From: Spongospora subterranea f. sp. subterranea
Taxonomy: Eukaryota
Reading direction: 5' to 3'
Assembly: GCA_049724395.1 (NCBI GenBank)
Contig: JAUGWO010000069.1
Coordinates: 186,001-250,000, forward strand
Length of the DNA stretch: 64,000 bases
A model generated the notes under the pieces. The model made no database searches, was not told the DNA's origin, and worked only from the letters and a program-made list of their open reading frames with translations. Below, piece after piece: positions 13,341-26,900 of the stretch (its first letter is position 1; each line of letters starts with the position of its first letter). The position numbers and the translations under genes were made by a program.

Positions 13341-14230
13341 ATGTCACCTTACATGATGCATCTTCGTCGCCAGTTCGACCAACGATCCCTACAACCCGAC
13401 CTTTTATCATCTAAATCTCACAAGTACAGTAATTTTCTGCACGGTATCAAATAGCACCGAAAGCTCTGGCGTTTTCTAACATCAGGGCTTTATTTTTCAT
13501 ATTTACCAGGGAGGCTGCCTGTGGTAGTTCTTATCGTTCTTGTTGCGGTACGTGGAACACTTTCGCTTTCGGACGTTGCCAAAAGTTCACTATTGTTATC
13601 AGGTTATCTTGGCATCTCTTCTGTTCTTTTTCGCCCCTCGATCTGTTGAACTAACCACTACGCAAATGAATATGGTCTAAACACATGCCAGGCAGAGCGC
13701 CCATCTTCAATATACCTGAAGAATTGTTTCAGGACATGTTCAAATTCCAGGACGAAGACAAATCGATATCCACTCACATACTTGCAAAAGTCTCGGTCTC
13801 GAATCCAAATTTTGTCACATTGCAAGTCAAGTCGCTGACGATATCGCTGGACTATATCTGTAAATCCTGTGCAGACGCTGATAAAAAATCCCTTGGTCAG
13901 CGAAGCGTTGACGTTAACGCGACTTTCCCACCCAGGACCCAATCTGCAACCGTAATTCATCGATCCTTTAGTTTTTCTCTGGAATGCTCATGGTAACTTT
14001 GATTCTATCAGCTTCCATGGACCCTCGACTTTTTTTCTACGATGCCCAGAGACGAGTTCACAAAGTTGAAAGATGGATTGCACCAAAACTGCACCAGAGA
14101 TCGTATATACTTCGTTCATCCTACGTGCTCTGCCACGATAACGTATTTAGGTGTCAAAAGAACTGTCAAATTCGACGCGTTAAGGACTAGAGTTCCTTGC
14201 GAATCAGTATTACTGCCACCTCATATATAA
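13341..14230 (+). CDS. TMEM106/LEA_2-like single-pass membrane protein (multi-exon)
   Basis: TM segment ...VILASLLFFFAPRSVEL followed, after a GT-AG intron, by VSVSNPNFVTLQVKSLTISLDY (NPN motif typical of LEA_2/TMEM106). The start is uncertain. Confidence 0.55.
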
Positions 14231-14540
14231 AGAAACGAGACATTATGTACTTTGTTCTTTGAATATTAATGTGGTGTTTTGTTTCCCACATGGTAACTAA
14301 TCCCGAAGGAAACGATTTAGTCGGTACAATTGGATCGATCTCATTTGCCATTCTATCACATAAAGACACGGTCGTTGCCGTTATGCTGGCACAGAATTTA
14401 CATCGCAAAGGGATCACCAGTCCGGTCAAGAGTTGTCGTAGCGAAGCTATAGATTCCCAAAAGACCACGCTATGTGCTGACGAAGGCAGTCTGTATATAC
14501 GCCGCAACGTCAACGTCAACGTTCTTCAGCCAAGCTCATC

Positions 14541-15314
14541 GTGTCCCGTCTGTGCAGTGCCGTATTTCGGATGCGAACAAAAAATCGGCCACGCCATTGT
14601 GATATGGAAACCATCCAATCAATGTATATGGCCGACGATCATGGCCCGGAACATTCACGAAGTTCTTGTGACATAACTATTCCGAATTCGGTCTCGATAA
14701 CACCGGAACTAGTCAGCACAAAGAAGTTTCGGAGTCCCGGCTTGAACGAACTCATTCCCGCAACAAAGAATCCGCCTATCAAAACGGAACGGTTAATTCA
14801 TCACTCTGATTATCTTGCAACTCTGGGGTCGTTAACAGCCGACGATCGCCTTTTGATCTTACGTCGGGCCGCCAAACAATATACGGTCGCGCGCCGGATG
14901 AATCAACTTAGAATTCGGTCCCCATCATTAGCTGCTTCTCGGCAATACTTCACGTTATATCATGTTCAAACCGCCGTTGAGTTGTGCCAATACCAGATCG
15001 ACCAGGATTTCTTCCCTGCACCTGGTTTGTACCGCCTCGAACACGGCATTGACTGCTTGTCCCATTGCTGGCCCCTGGATCGTTTCTTGCTCCACTGCGA
15101 TGTGACCAGATCTGAATACGAACAGCAATGGGGATTGCTCGGGACATATGAGAAGAGTAAGGGATCGAGGGATCTGGACCTCGGCACGATCAAGCAGCTG
15201 GAGGTTTATAGGCGCCGGCTAGATCAAACCCATTGCCGTGAAGGGGAGACACTTCTGAAACAGTCAAGGAGTAAGGTCGATACAGGGTCTCTGCGACAAC
15301 GTATGATTACATAA
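14541..15314 (+). CDS. Hypothetical protein (257-aa open frame; possible upstream exon from ~14383)
   Basis: Long ORF with protein-like composition. No family recognised. Confidence 0.5.
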   Translation: MSRLCSAVFRMRTKNRPRHCDMETIQSMYMADDHGPEHSRSSCDITIPNSVSITPELVSTKKFRSPGLNELIPATKNPPIKTERLIHHSDYLATLGSLTADDRLLILRRAAKQYTVARRMNQLRIRSPSLAASRQYFTLYHVQTAVELCQYQIDQDFFPAPGLYRLEHGIDCLSHCWPLDRFLLHCDVTRSEYEQQWGLLGTYEKSKGSRDLDLGTIKQLEVYRRRLDQTHCREGETLLKQSRSKVDTGSLRQRMIT

Positions 15315-15794
15315 TATACAGATCCTCCATATCCTGTGATGACGTGAGGTGTCGCCACCTAACCGTTTCCGTGAAGTCCATCCTTATCCGACAGGCACAC
15401 CTTTCGCAAGTATTCCTTCCCGTTTTCGATCGGTGTCGTGACTTTCAAGATCAACGAGATGGCCAGTCTAATTCTCGATGACGCACATCCCACCTTTCGG
15501 TCGCACTTGGGATTTTAGCTGACAACTCGGTGATCGGTTCAATCATCAGTATCGTAGCGCCAAGTGTTCCAAAGAACCATAGTCATTATCGCAATCCGGA
15601 GGATTCCCCAGTGAAACGTTGCCAACTAATGAATCAGTGGACCGGCTCGGGGGATATTTGGTTTGGTGATGGCGATGTACAGGACGAGACGGTAACGAAT
15701 AATGACATAACCCCCACAGACAGACAGTGGAGAGAACGAACAGACTTGGGCGCCGTAAATAAAAAAAGATATCACTCCCGTGGCATTTAGAATT

Positions 15795-17011
15795 ATGGTT
15801 TTGATCGTTTGTATCCTGGCGTTATTTGTGTTTCAAACGTCGGCCAATGACGATACATGCGTGTGGGATGGGGAATATAGCGAGATCTGCGCAAAACAGG
15901 TTTGCCGATGTTCTGGTTATGTTGTCGTCGAATTAACTCCACCCTCGTTAGGCAATGAGATACTCATCGGCGGCGTATGAGAAGGAGCTAGAATCGTTAT
16001 GGGACTGGTCATGTACCTCCTGCAAACATGCACCAAAACTCAACATCCTGACCGTTTTCCAAGTAAGGAGGTTATGTTGTCTCCGAACACAGCCTCAGTG
16101 AATCCGTTTTGGTCGCGAAGAGCGCAGACCCAGATGGTGCAGTTGGGGTATGTTGGGGTGCAAGATGACGAACCAAACCGGATTATCCTCGCGTTTCGGT
16201 CAGTACTTATGACAATGAAAGCTTCGTAAAACTTATAATCATCTAGGGGAACCGTTTGGACGGATGTGGAATCTGCCAAAGCAGATCTAAAGTTCACACA
16301 GCACCGATGGCCAAGGCGTATACAGGGTTCAACAGTCGATCATGGATTTCTCGAATACTTCTTCAGTGTGGAAAATCAAGTTCGGGACACGTTCCGCGAC
16401 TTTCTGAAGTCAAATCCAGGTTCATTCCTTGACAATATTGGTATTTTGGCTTCTAACGACTCAGTTCAGACCCCGAGGTTATAATAACTGGGCATTCTCT
16501 TGGAGGGGCCCTTGCAGTTATCGCCAGTGTTGTTCTGAGCGATCTCATCGACCCACCCACGCTTTACACGTTCGGAACGCCTCGTATAGGGAACGACGTA
16601 TTCGCATCGTATTTCCAATCTTCGGCGGAAAGGTATCCAGGATTATTTGCTGAGATATTGGTCAGGGACTGATGCTAATGAAACAGATCGTTTCGCGTAA
16701 TTCATGATCACGATCTTGTGCCACATCTACCGCCATGTAATTGGGAGCATTGGTCGCAGAAGTGCAGCGAAGACACTGCACGCCATGCCCCCACCGAGGT
16801 ATGATATAGTTCCAATAGTGTCGTCCTCTGTTAGTTGAAGTATTTTTACTAGATTCTGTACAACGCGGACATGACCGAATACAGGACATGCAGTGATAAA
16901 GATGGAGAAGACGATAAATGCTCTCATTCCTTCAAAATGCGTACACTGTCAATAGAACAGCATCGGGTTTACTTCGGCACCAACATGTCTCATCCAGATA
17001 CAGATGTCTAA
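15795..17011 (+). CDS. Secreted class 3 lipase (paralog 1), multi-exon
   Basis: Signal peptide MVLIVCILALFVFQTSA; motifs IILAFR|GT, VDHGF, TGHSLGG (~16487-16507), YTFGTPRIGN and HDHDLVPHLPP; terminal HRVYFG. Confidence 0.88.
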
Positions 17012-17974
17012 AAAATTTGGCTTCAATAAAAGGTCATAATCACTGGAAGGTGTTTCACTGGGAAGTGATGATCAGTTATTAAATCTATGGCATTATCTCG
17101 CATTCCAGCTTCACGAGTCTATCCGAAAAATATCCTCACTCTGTTCGAGGTACGCCATAGAGAATGACAGACACCATACAAAACAACAGCCTGACTCACC
17201 TGTTCAACCCAGCAGATCTTTCAGGCTGAGTGTCATCCAGCTGAACGTCAGAACGCTGAACAAGTTAGCCAGGCTAGAGACCATAAAGCAACGGGCGGAT
17301 TCAATTTAGAACCTTTTTTGAACCCTGAACCTTTTTGAACCGCACTGGCACACAGTCATCCATGGATACACCTGGTGTTGTAACGGGGGAAGTCATGAAC
17401 ACATACTGGACTATCTACAGGAGGTTCAGACGGCTGCCTTCCAGGGCAATATCTGCAGATTGGCTATCTGGACTCAACCAGTAATTACTGCCCTGTCGCC
17501 ACCCCTGATTACATATATGTTTTACGATCAGTCATGAGCATGCCATATTGGACGTTCTTAATAATACATCTATCGATTGAGCGCAGTGTATCAGACCGCG
17601 AAGGACAGGTCACAAACTATTTTATTTCAATATATATCAACTACTTTCCACATTCATAATTCAATCATTTATTTTTTTAATCAAAAACCAAAGATAGAAG
17701 TATCATTAAGCACGGTTAACATGTAATGTGCATCGTTTTTATTGTCAACGAGACGGTCAGTCGTCAGAGAAATCAGGCTCCTCGATGGATCGAAAGTTGT
17801 CAGCAAAGTGCCCACCGGTCCTCGTAAATTGGACTCTGTTGATAACTGCAGACTTTGTCATACTTTGCACTTGATTATCTGAAGAACTTGCAGAGATTAG
17901 CCTGTTGGATTCTGTCCAGATTTTGTTGAGCTGGTTCGGAGCGATCCTCAACAGCGAGACGATCGACTTTTGCT

Positions 17975-19722
17975 TCATCTGTTGAGACCGACAATCAATA
18001 AGCCATCTGACGATATACATAAGCCACACTCATTACTTCGTCCCTTCCGTCGAAAAGCCATCAACGGCAGCATATTCGCCCAGACTTTGGCACGTGTGAG
18101 GATCAGCACAACTGTAACGCCGGCAGAAGTTTCTGCAGTGCCCCGACAAGAAGTCAGTCGGAATTTGCTCGCTCTATAATGCAAACAGCGATAATGAACG
18201 CTTCCATCTGTACGTGAACGATGGAAAATTGAATTTCTCGAGCTGAAAACGAAGCCGTTGCTGTTCGGTGCTGGATTCATTTTTGGTACAGAATGTAGCA
18301 AATATCGCATCCCCCTGAGTGACTGATGAGGTGGATAGTTCAAATCACTTTGATCATGGGACAGGTCAGCACGAACATTAGGCACGCATTTGATTAGCTT
18401 TTGTTGATTTATTGATGACATAGGCAAATATATTGAATTAGGCTTCAAATTTACAGCAGTTGAATCGAAAACTGCTCTTCCATGATTTTGTAGATCATCA
18501 AAGTGGTAGAATCCCGGCATCATGCCTTGAAACTCAGGGCGGATGTGTGCATAAAAGTGTGATCCTGTAATAGTAGTAGCGGATATTCTTGCCATGCTTG
18601 TTGAGGCGCAGCTGAAAATCGCTTCAAAATGTGCCCGATAATGCTCGCGAGTTAGTCCGTTCAACCAAGAAAAAACCACCGGGACCCATCGCGCAAGCAA
18701 ACCGCAGTACACTGCGGTTGTCATAAGAAAGCCTCGATCAAAAAAACTGTACGTAACATCTGAAACAGCGCCTTGGCCATCACGACCTGTCAACGGATCT
18801 ACATCGACAAATCTAACCATTGTGTTGCAAGCTGAGAATCAGCAACAATCATGAAAGAAATTTTCAACTGTACCTTTCCAACATTAAACTCGAAGCAACA
18901 GTTAAGTGCATTCTATTGATGTTGAAATCACTTTAGATAACGGCAGTTTTGCCAAAAGTCAGTTGAAACTCCAGGATTTGATCGATGAATGAGTCTCCAG
19001 GACTAAATTATTTATATTTAGGCACACTTTCAGATCAATCAAGAAACCGAGACCTGGAAGTCTAACACCGCGGTCTCGCAAAACCTGACGACCGAAATAC
19101 GCTCTCTTGAGAGGTTACCGTAAGATTCATGGATCTCACAGACCGAGCCAATGATTGGTGTGTCGGTGACAAGCGTGACAGCTTTCGCCCTGGGATTATT
19201 ACAAATCCTGTCAGTGAGCATCTTTTTGCAGTAAAAGTCAGGCTTCAACACATGTGGCACGGCATGAGAATGCCGGTCAGAATGGATAATGATGGCTCGA
19301 TCAGAGAATTTTGCCTCCACCCACATGCATGTTGCAGGACAAACGAGTCGAACCATGTCGCTGCTGCAAACGCGGCACCTGCAACATTATAACAAGTAAA
19401 CAACTGTTCAAGGTTGTAGACTTGTGACTGAGTTGCGACATTACGTTCGTTCAATGTTGTCCGGATTGTTCTGTTTCGGACGACGCGAATATGCACATCT
19501 TAAATTGGAGCAAATAATGTTGCCTGTGTACACCTTGTTGGTGATCTTAATCGTTAAGGGGTCGGATGGCAGCGAACGGTAGCGGGTGTTGGTAACTCGC
19601 CATTGCCACTCGGAGTACCGAGCGACCAAATTGGGCTTTTTGGAAGCTTCGTCAAACATAAAACGGCAATTTCCATCTGGTCGCAGCGAAACCTGATCAC
19701 AGTCGAAGTTCTGATTCGCCAA
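17975..19722 (-). mobile_element. Decayed MULE-type transposase with N-terminal GCM-like Zn-finger DNA-binding domain; distal part contains a FLYWCH/WRKY-like fragment
   Basis: GCM-like fragments PDGNCRFMF...EWQWRVTNT...KVYTGNIICSNLRC...RP and CPATC...HSDRHSHAVP. MULE-like core VSDVTYSFFDRGFLMTTAVYCGLLARWVPVVFSWLNGLTREHYRAHF. The sequence is split over several frames with stops. Confidence 0.65.
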
Positions 19723-19723
19723 A

Positions 19724-19848
19724 AAGGTGTCTTCGATATCTGCGTTATGTCCTGTGATGATAGGACCTCTTGATCCTCCCCCTAACTTGCATAAGGTGTC
19801 TTCGATATCTGCGTTATGGCCTGTGATGATAGGAACTCTTGATCCTCC
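19724..19848. repeat. Direct duplication of 56 bp (19724-19779 and 19793-19848)
   Basis: aaggtgtcttcgatatctgcgttatg(t/g)cctgtgatgatagga(c/a)ctcttgatcctcc occurs twice. Confidence 0.92.
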
Positions 19849-20084
19849 AAAAATGATCGATTCTCAACAAGACATAGATTTCAACAAACATCCTATTCAA
19901 TGAGTACTCTCCTATTCAATGAGTACTCTCTCACTGAAGTGATTTTTTATTTTGTCTCAATTTGCTACAGTAATTGTGATACGTTTGAAGATATTGGTGA
20001 TTTTTTTGCCTGTGGGTGAATACTCATTGAATAGGATGTTTGTTTTGAGCTCTATGTCTTGTTGAGAATCGATCATTTTTGGAG
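19845..20084. mobile_element. MITE-like 240-bp element with ~60-bp terminal inverted repeats
   Basis: ctccaaaaatgatcgattctcaacaagacatag...catcctattcaatgagta at the left and its reverse complement at ~20021-20084. AT-rich non-coding interior; no clear TSD. Confidence 0.7.
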
Positions 20085-20750
20085 TCTTATTTCACTGAAC
20101 GTGAGTTCATAAGCAAGTTGCTTGAGAAAGTCTGTGAACACAATTCCCTTGACCCCATTGGCGTGAGACGCCAGGCAGATCGTAGCAGTCATGACCGCCT
20201 CAAGAACATCCCATCGTTCACGGGCTGTGCATAATTGTCAAAGACGATCCGGCAGCTAGACTTTAGATTAGACGACAGGTGCGTATCGATAAATTTCACA
20301 AAAAAAAACGGTCCAGATTGTACTGAAAAGCAGGGATCTCCTTACCACCCATTAAAGAAAGATATAATAAACGTCGTCACTGATTGGCGGGAAAACGGAA
20401 GTAGGTTTCCACTCCTTCCCGTTAACTTCGCCGTTGACGTTGATGGTAAACTGATTGGGGCCCGCTAACAACGCGAAATGCGAATGCATCAGTTGGGCAC
20501 TGCTGACAGAAGCTTCATCTTCATAAGGATATGATGCATTAAGAAACAAACGATTTGCCCAAGGAATCCAAACAAGTCCTTAAAAATTGGCTTTGATACG
20601 ATTGTCCGTCGGTATACTTCCATTCCGAATCAGAGTCAGGCAGATATCTATGAGCTAGATATGAAAGCGCAAGTCTGGTCCTGTGATCAAAGTATTGGTG
20701 GAAATGGTGTAAACACTTTGATCGTTTGTTTTAGACATGTTGGTATTATA

Positions 20751-20866
20751 GTGATACGATCTGACTGCGAATACACAGAACAGATCACGTAACATGATTA
20801 GAGTGACACGATCTGACTGCGAATACACAGAACAGATCACGTAACATGATTAGAGTGATACGATCT
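20751..20866. repeat. Tandem repeat, 52-bp unit x ~2.2
   Basis: gtga(t/c)acgatctgactgcgaatacacagaacagatcacgtaacatgattaga is repeated. Confidence 0.92.
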
Positions 20867-21549
20867 GCACAGATCAGGCGTTACAGGGATGCCGTTAATG
20901 AAGCAATGGGGCCAATATCTCTTGAAAAAGGGACCTATCATCAACGACAGCTCAAGCAATCCAGCCTAAAAATTTGCTCAAGTTTCCATGGTGCGAAATC
21001 GAACGAAAATGCACGCAGGATTCAATTTATGTCACCTGATCGCGGGCATTTGGCCAACCGGTAAAAAAGCATGTTTTCTAGGTGTTCAGCGAATCGTCAT
21101 TTTCAATCAGTTGTCAGGTGCGATTTTGAAGTATTGTTTGAACTGAACAAATCGATTTCTTGAAATAAACATCACGTCGGAGCTGGCAGAACCCTTTTAT
21201 TGGCAATCTGCTGAACAGTCATCGTTGAGGGAGGATCAGGATGGCGTTCATTCCGTTCATGGACGAGAGTCGGACGCGCGACCTAGTCCAAAGTTTACTG
21301 TCCCCAGTTCCCACTGGCATTACTGGATTGTGTTGGCAAGGCCAGTCACGTGCAAATGCACGCCAGTTAGACTTGCGCACCGCGATGAATTGGCCGCACT
21401 GGCGGTTGTTCGAACCCACCAGTTTGTCGAACAACTCGGACTTAACTTCGGGGTTCCCTTAAAGATGCCGGAGGGTCTTTGTTTGGCTCTCTGTTGACCG
21501 TGCCATTATCATCGAAGATACTTCTGTACATCATCTTCTTAATTACCAA

Positions 21550-22936
21550 ATGGACAAAAAAATTTGGTCCGTCTTGCTGTGCCTTTTAGTTGTCCATCAT
21601 GTCAAGTCTGTGTGCATTTGGGGTCGATCGCCATACGACTACTCAGAAGCTTGTGCGTTGCAGGTTCGTGAACCCAAGGATCGCTCGCACCCTTTTTTCA
21701 CATGCTTTCTTTAGGCCATGCGATACTCGTCAGCCGCCTATGAACCAATCCTCTCAGTACTCAATTCATGGGAATGTGAATCATGTAAATATACCCCTGA
21801 CGTCGATGTATTAGTCGTACTCAAGGTCAGTGTTGCACAACCCACTCCATCCGTGTTATGTTTCCAATATTATATGTTACCTGCGATAGAGCACAGTCCA
21901 CCCAATATGTTACATTAGTTCATCTCCCGCAGTCCACTGCAGTCCTACACTTCTGTTCATGTTGCATGTTTTTCCGTCGCAATGTTACACAACTGATTCC
22001 CGCGTGTCTTGACGTTTAGGGTAACACATCACAGACACTGGGATATATTGCACGGCAGAAATCAAACCAATCAGTTGTGATATTATCATTCCGGTATTAA
22101 CATCGATTGCAACTAACAGTTCAATCGGTTAATATGTCCACGTTAGAGGAACCCAGCTTTCCGATATCGATTCAATACTCGCGGATGTGAAATTTACACA
22201 AGCGAACTGGCCACCGAACATCAAGGATTCTACAGTCGATCACGGATTTCTTCAGTATTACCTTTCGTTGGAAATGCAAATTAGGCCTGTTATCGCGACG
22301 CTGTTGCAGGATATTGCCGGTAATTGGTTTGAGAACAGATCCTCAGTTATTGCTGACCGTGGTTTAGATCCGGTATTTGTTATCACTGGGCATTCGTTAG
22401 GAGGCGCTACCGCCATCATAGCTGCCGTATCCTTACTGGATCTTGTCAGCAACCCGGTTATTTACACATTCGGGGGCCCACGTGTTGGGAATCTTGCGTT
22501 CGTCAATCATGTTCAATCGCAGAAAGAGCTGACGTGAGTATAAAAATCCTACCCATATAAGAGAGACTTAAATATTTTTCAGATTATTTCGTGTAGTGCA
22601 CAACCACGACGTTGTCGTTCATGTCCCTCCTTGTACCTGGTCTTTATCAAGTAGTACTTGTGATGGCGAAGGCTATCCCAGGCACATCCCGGTCGAGGTT
22701 AAACCGTTTTTGTGTCAATTTCGAGTATATTTAACATTCTTGCCTAGGTTCTGTATAATCACGATATGACCCGCTACAAAGTCTGCAATATGCAAGATGG
22801 CGAAGACATAACGTGCGCTGCTTCGTTCTCTCGAATTTCATATTCTATTCGAGAGCATTTAACCTACTTCGACGTCAACTTCAACAATCAGAAAGCGATA
22901 CTTCTTCCAGACGCAAATCAATTTTCTACTCTATAA
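21550..22936 (+). CDS. Secreted class 3 lipase (paralog 2), multi-exon
   Basis: Signal peptide MDKKIWSVLLCLLVVHHVKS; motifs VDHGF, ITGHSLGGA, YTFGGPRVGN, RVVHNHDVVVHVPP and EHLTYF. Confidence 0.88.
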
Positions 22937-23360
22937 AGATGACTCTATTGTTTCCCATATTGACGTGCACCAACTATGACTAGGAATAATGGGTCGAATT
23001 CCAATTGGGGTTTTATGAACTTTCGGCATCATATAGAATTGCGGTTTCTAATTTTTGATTCAGGGAAAGCGAACTGTCGCATCTGGCTATCCTCAACTTG
23101 ATATTTATCACAAATTCCAGACAAAGATCTAATATTATATCTTCTGTAGGAACTGAATTAACTTTAGGTGGATTACACAGATCCAGGTAGCAGGGCACCT
23201 TTCGGTAGTTTATTTAGATCCAGATTCAGCTAGATTCGCCTATTGCCCTATCAGGGATGTTCAGAGCTCAACGATGGCCAAGCAATTGAAATCATCTGCA
23301 TGATATTCTTCGGAGTCGGGCAGGACGCAGTCCAAGTTTCTCAGAGTTGATGCCTAACAA

Positions 23361-23585
23361 ATGGACGATTCATCAGCTCTGATCAGATTCCGGTTCACAA
23401 TCGGGCAGGCGTCTTGTCTGGCTGACGCGCTTCAGCTTCCCGATATTGTAGGAACGGATCAGATTGACAGGACAACTGCTGTCGAAGTTCTGGCTATGCC
23501 ATATCGTCGCTTAGCTGAGCCAGTTAGATTCAGCGCAATATCAAACGAATTCGGTCGATCGCCTCCTTCTTTATCAAGGGTATAG
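23361..23585 (+). mobile_element. PIF/Harbinger-type transposase N-terminal (HTH) remnant
   Basis: FRFTIGQASCLADALQLPD...AVEVLAMPYRRLAEPVRFSAISNEFGRSPPSLSRV resembles the DDE_Tnp_4 N-terminal region. It is truncated. Confidence 0.65.
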
Positions 23586-23925
23586 CCACGACACGACCAG
23601 CGACAAAGGTCTGCGATTATCGTGACGGCGAAGACGCGGTTTCGTTCTCGCGATTTTCATACGAATGTTCGAGAGCATTTACCCTATGTATATCGAACGT
23701 CACCGTCAACAACCAGACACGATAAGTGTTCCAGACGCAGCTCAGAGATGTTCAACTCTATCACGATTACTCGATCAGGTTCCCGTTGTTGCACTCAGTG
23801 CATGGTCTGCAGGATCCCCCCCGTGCTGCTGCAGCCCTTGTTGGACACTGTGTTGGCGCCATGGCACCTGAGACGTTCCTGGATCGTCTCATCCAGACGG
23901 AAATCGCCTTCACCGGTTATCTTGT

Positions 23926-26900
23926 ATGGACCTGTTCAACGCAGATCACGCTATTGATCGCCCCGAAACCCATCGCTATCTGGCCCAGCATCAGATCCTC
24001 CCTCGATTCGACCAAGCCATTCGTGAAATCCTATCATCGTTCCCAGCCAACCCGTACTTTGTATTGGTCGAACACTGCCGCCAACATGAATTGGAACAAT
24101 CAATGACAACAGGAACGACAGATGACCTGATTTATCAGAGGATCAGGTCCAAGGTCGATGGCGATACCGACTCAGGAATCCCCCTGCACCGCTTCTCGGA
24201 TAACTTCCTGTATTGGACCATGAACCCTGTTCAGCTCGTGTTCGTCGATCAGCGCAGCGTTCGCCGCGTCTACAGCCAATACAACGCCCTCCTGCAACCC
24301 ACCACCACCGACGACAAAGAGTACGCGCTGAGTTCGCTGTCGTCGGTGGCGCTACAGTCGGTGCTCCATCCCGATATCGTCGGCCACGTGCCGGCGCTGG
24401 AGATCAACCGCGACGTGTTCGTGTCGGGAATGAAGTTCGAATCGGCCCTGACCATGTACGCCAGATTCATTCTCCAAGAAGCCGTTGCCATTTCCAGCAA
24501 ATCGCGGCACCAACTGCTGGGGATCGACGCCGACGGTAATACCAACTGGGTCCTGAACGATATCTTGTCCAATCGGAACGCGTTTTTCCGAGCGGTGAAG
24601 CGCTCGACAATTGAGCTCTCCCAGATCATCATTCGCGTTATCTTCGTTGCCGACACCAATGAGTTGTCGACACGTCCCCAGGTCGGAGCTGGCCCGGGCC
24701 ACCTATCCGAGGGGAAAATCATCTTTCGATTCCATTATCAGGCGTCGTCGAGCAACACATCGTCGTCGTATAAAAGTTTCGACGTCGTTCCCGCGCGCTC
24801 GGGGCTCAGGAGCGTGTTCTTTTCTCGACCGGATATGGTGTCGTATGCCAGTAGAGTTGGGCGCCAGGAATCGGGCGAAGGGGCGTCGGCCCTGGACGCC
24901 AAGTATATCGCGGAGCTGAAGGCGTCGTTGGAGACGGGGAACATCTACCAGATGGCGCTAGTTCACAGCCTGATCGGCAGTGAACGGGTCCCGGCCAGCG
25001 TTGGCCCGATCGGGTTCATGGTGCGCCTGAATGGGGCGTTGCCTGGGACGCTGCAGGCGATCATCGCCCCGTTGGCCGCCGTTCTCGTGCTGTTGTCGTC
25101 GAAGGAGTTCGACAAGTTCCAGGCTGTCGACGGCAATCTCGCCATTGTCCGCTCACAGTTCACAGATATCACGACCGGTTTGCAAAGGATGACCGAAACC
25201 CATTCGAACAGCGATCTGATCGCCCTCACACCGCATCTCCAACGAGTTCTGAACAGAATCGGCGACCTGGAATATCGCCAAAATAACGAATTCGCCCTCG
25301 GTCCTCCCACGATTAGCATTTTGAAATCGCTCCTGATGGCGCTACAATCCCTGCAGAACACGGTGGCGCTGAACGCGCTGCGCAATCGCCAGGACCTGGT
25401 CGAGGAGCTGAGGGAATTGTTGGAGGGGAAGGAGCAGGCGATGGGCGCCCGACAACCAAGCAATCACGCGAGATTGTTGGCGGAGATGACGGCGATCGGC
25501 GCCGGCACGCGATCCCGGCGGCGAATGGATCGGGCGGCGTCGGAGCGGTTCGCCGCCCGGCATCAAATCTACCCGGAACACCTGATCAAGGAGGCGGTGA
25601 CGATGCAGTACATCGTCGACAGCGAGCTGGACCTGTCCATGACCAACAGTATCCTGGACCTGACCACCGCCCATCATTCGGTATATCCATTCGCTGATCT
25701 CGCCCATCTGTTCACGATCGGGGCTTTGGCGTTGGAGCCGTCCCTGCGAGGGTATCGTCCGCTGACGCGCCAGCCGGTCGTGGCGATCTCGCCCTCGCTC
25801 AGCGTGTCGACCAATATCAACGCCAACCGCTCCTGGTTCGGCAGCGGCGCCGCCTTGGCCGTCTGCGACGTGGCGCTGATGCGGTCCGTTGAGTCCGCCG
25901 CCGGCAACGGCGGGATCCTGCCGATAACGCGACCGCCGGCGATGGCGGGCAAGATGGCGATATCGTTCGGGATGAGCGGGGACATCATTCGATCTGGCGT
26001 TCTGATCGACACACCCAGAACCTATTCGTAAGGCGTTTCCCCGCCAGGAATCCGTTTTTCCGCGTTTCTAATCAATAACGCGACAATGTGCAGGTTTCAG
26101 ATCGTGGTCCAGATCGAAACGCTCCGACCCGACACCGCCATCGACGAGCTCATCGGATACCTGGGCGGATATATCGCCCAAGTGCAGCGCCAGTCGTTCG
26201 TCCAGTCCATCAATGTCGGGGCGCGTTCTTGGACCTACGCCCAGTTCCAGCAATCGTCCGACGCCGTCGGGTCCGCGATCCGATCCGCTTGCGTCGCCAA
26301 GGACACGATCGCCGTCGTCGGCGTGTTCCTCAGCGACGGTTCCATGCGATCGTTCAGCGCCACGTTCGACCTGATTCACGTCAATCCGAGCTCGGGGCGA
26401 GTCGCTCTATACGGGTCGGTCAATGCCCGATTATCGTTCGAGACCGTACTCATCGCCGGCGACGCCGCCCAGAACTGGATCGAGGCGCGATCGCCCAACG
26501 CGGCTCAGGCCATGAAACTGTACGCGGCGACGATCAGGCAATATATCGACCCGGATCAGGTGATCCTGGCCACGATCGGTTGTGTGCTCGTCGACCCAGG
26601 CGGCTCCGGAGACGACCCCGACCTGTTCGACGAACTCGGGCGATATCGCGGCAGTTTACCGCAACGGCTGATGTCTTCGCTGAACGAGCTGATCACGATC
26701 AGGCAATCCAGCGAGCTCTCCAACAGCGAATCCAAACGGATCCTATCGGGCCAATACGATTCATGGCGCCAACGCCTCGACGCCATCCTGTCCGACCCCG
26801 TCGCCGACGTCCTTAGCGCCATGCGCCCGGCGATCCTGTCGAACGTCGAGCGCCTGCGGCGCCCGCTGATCGACCGCCCGGACGCCGGCGCGACCACCGA

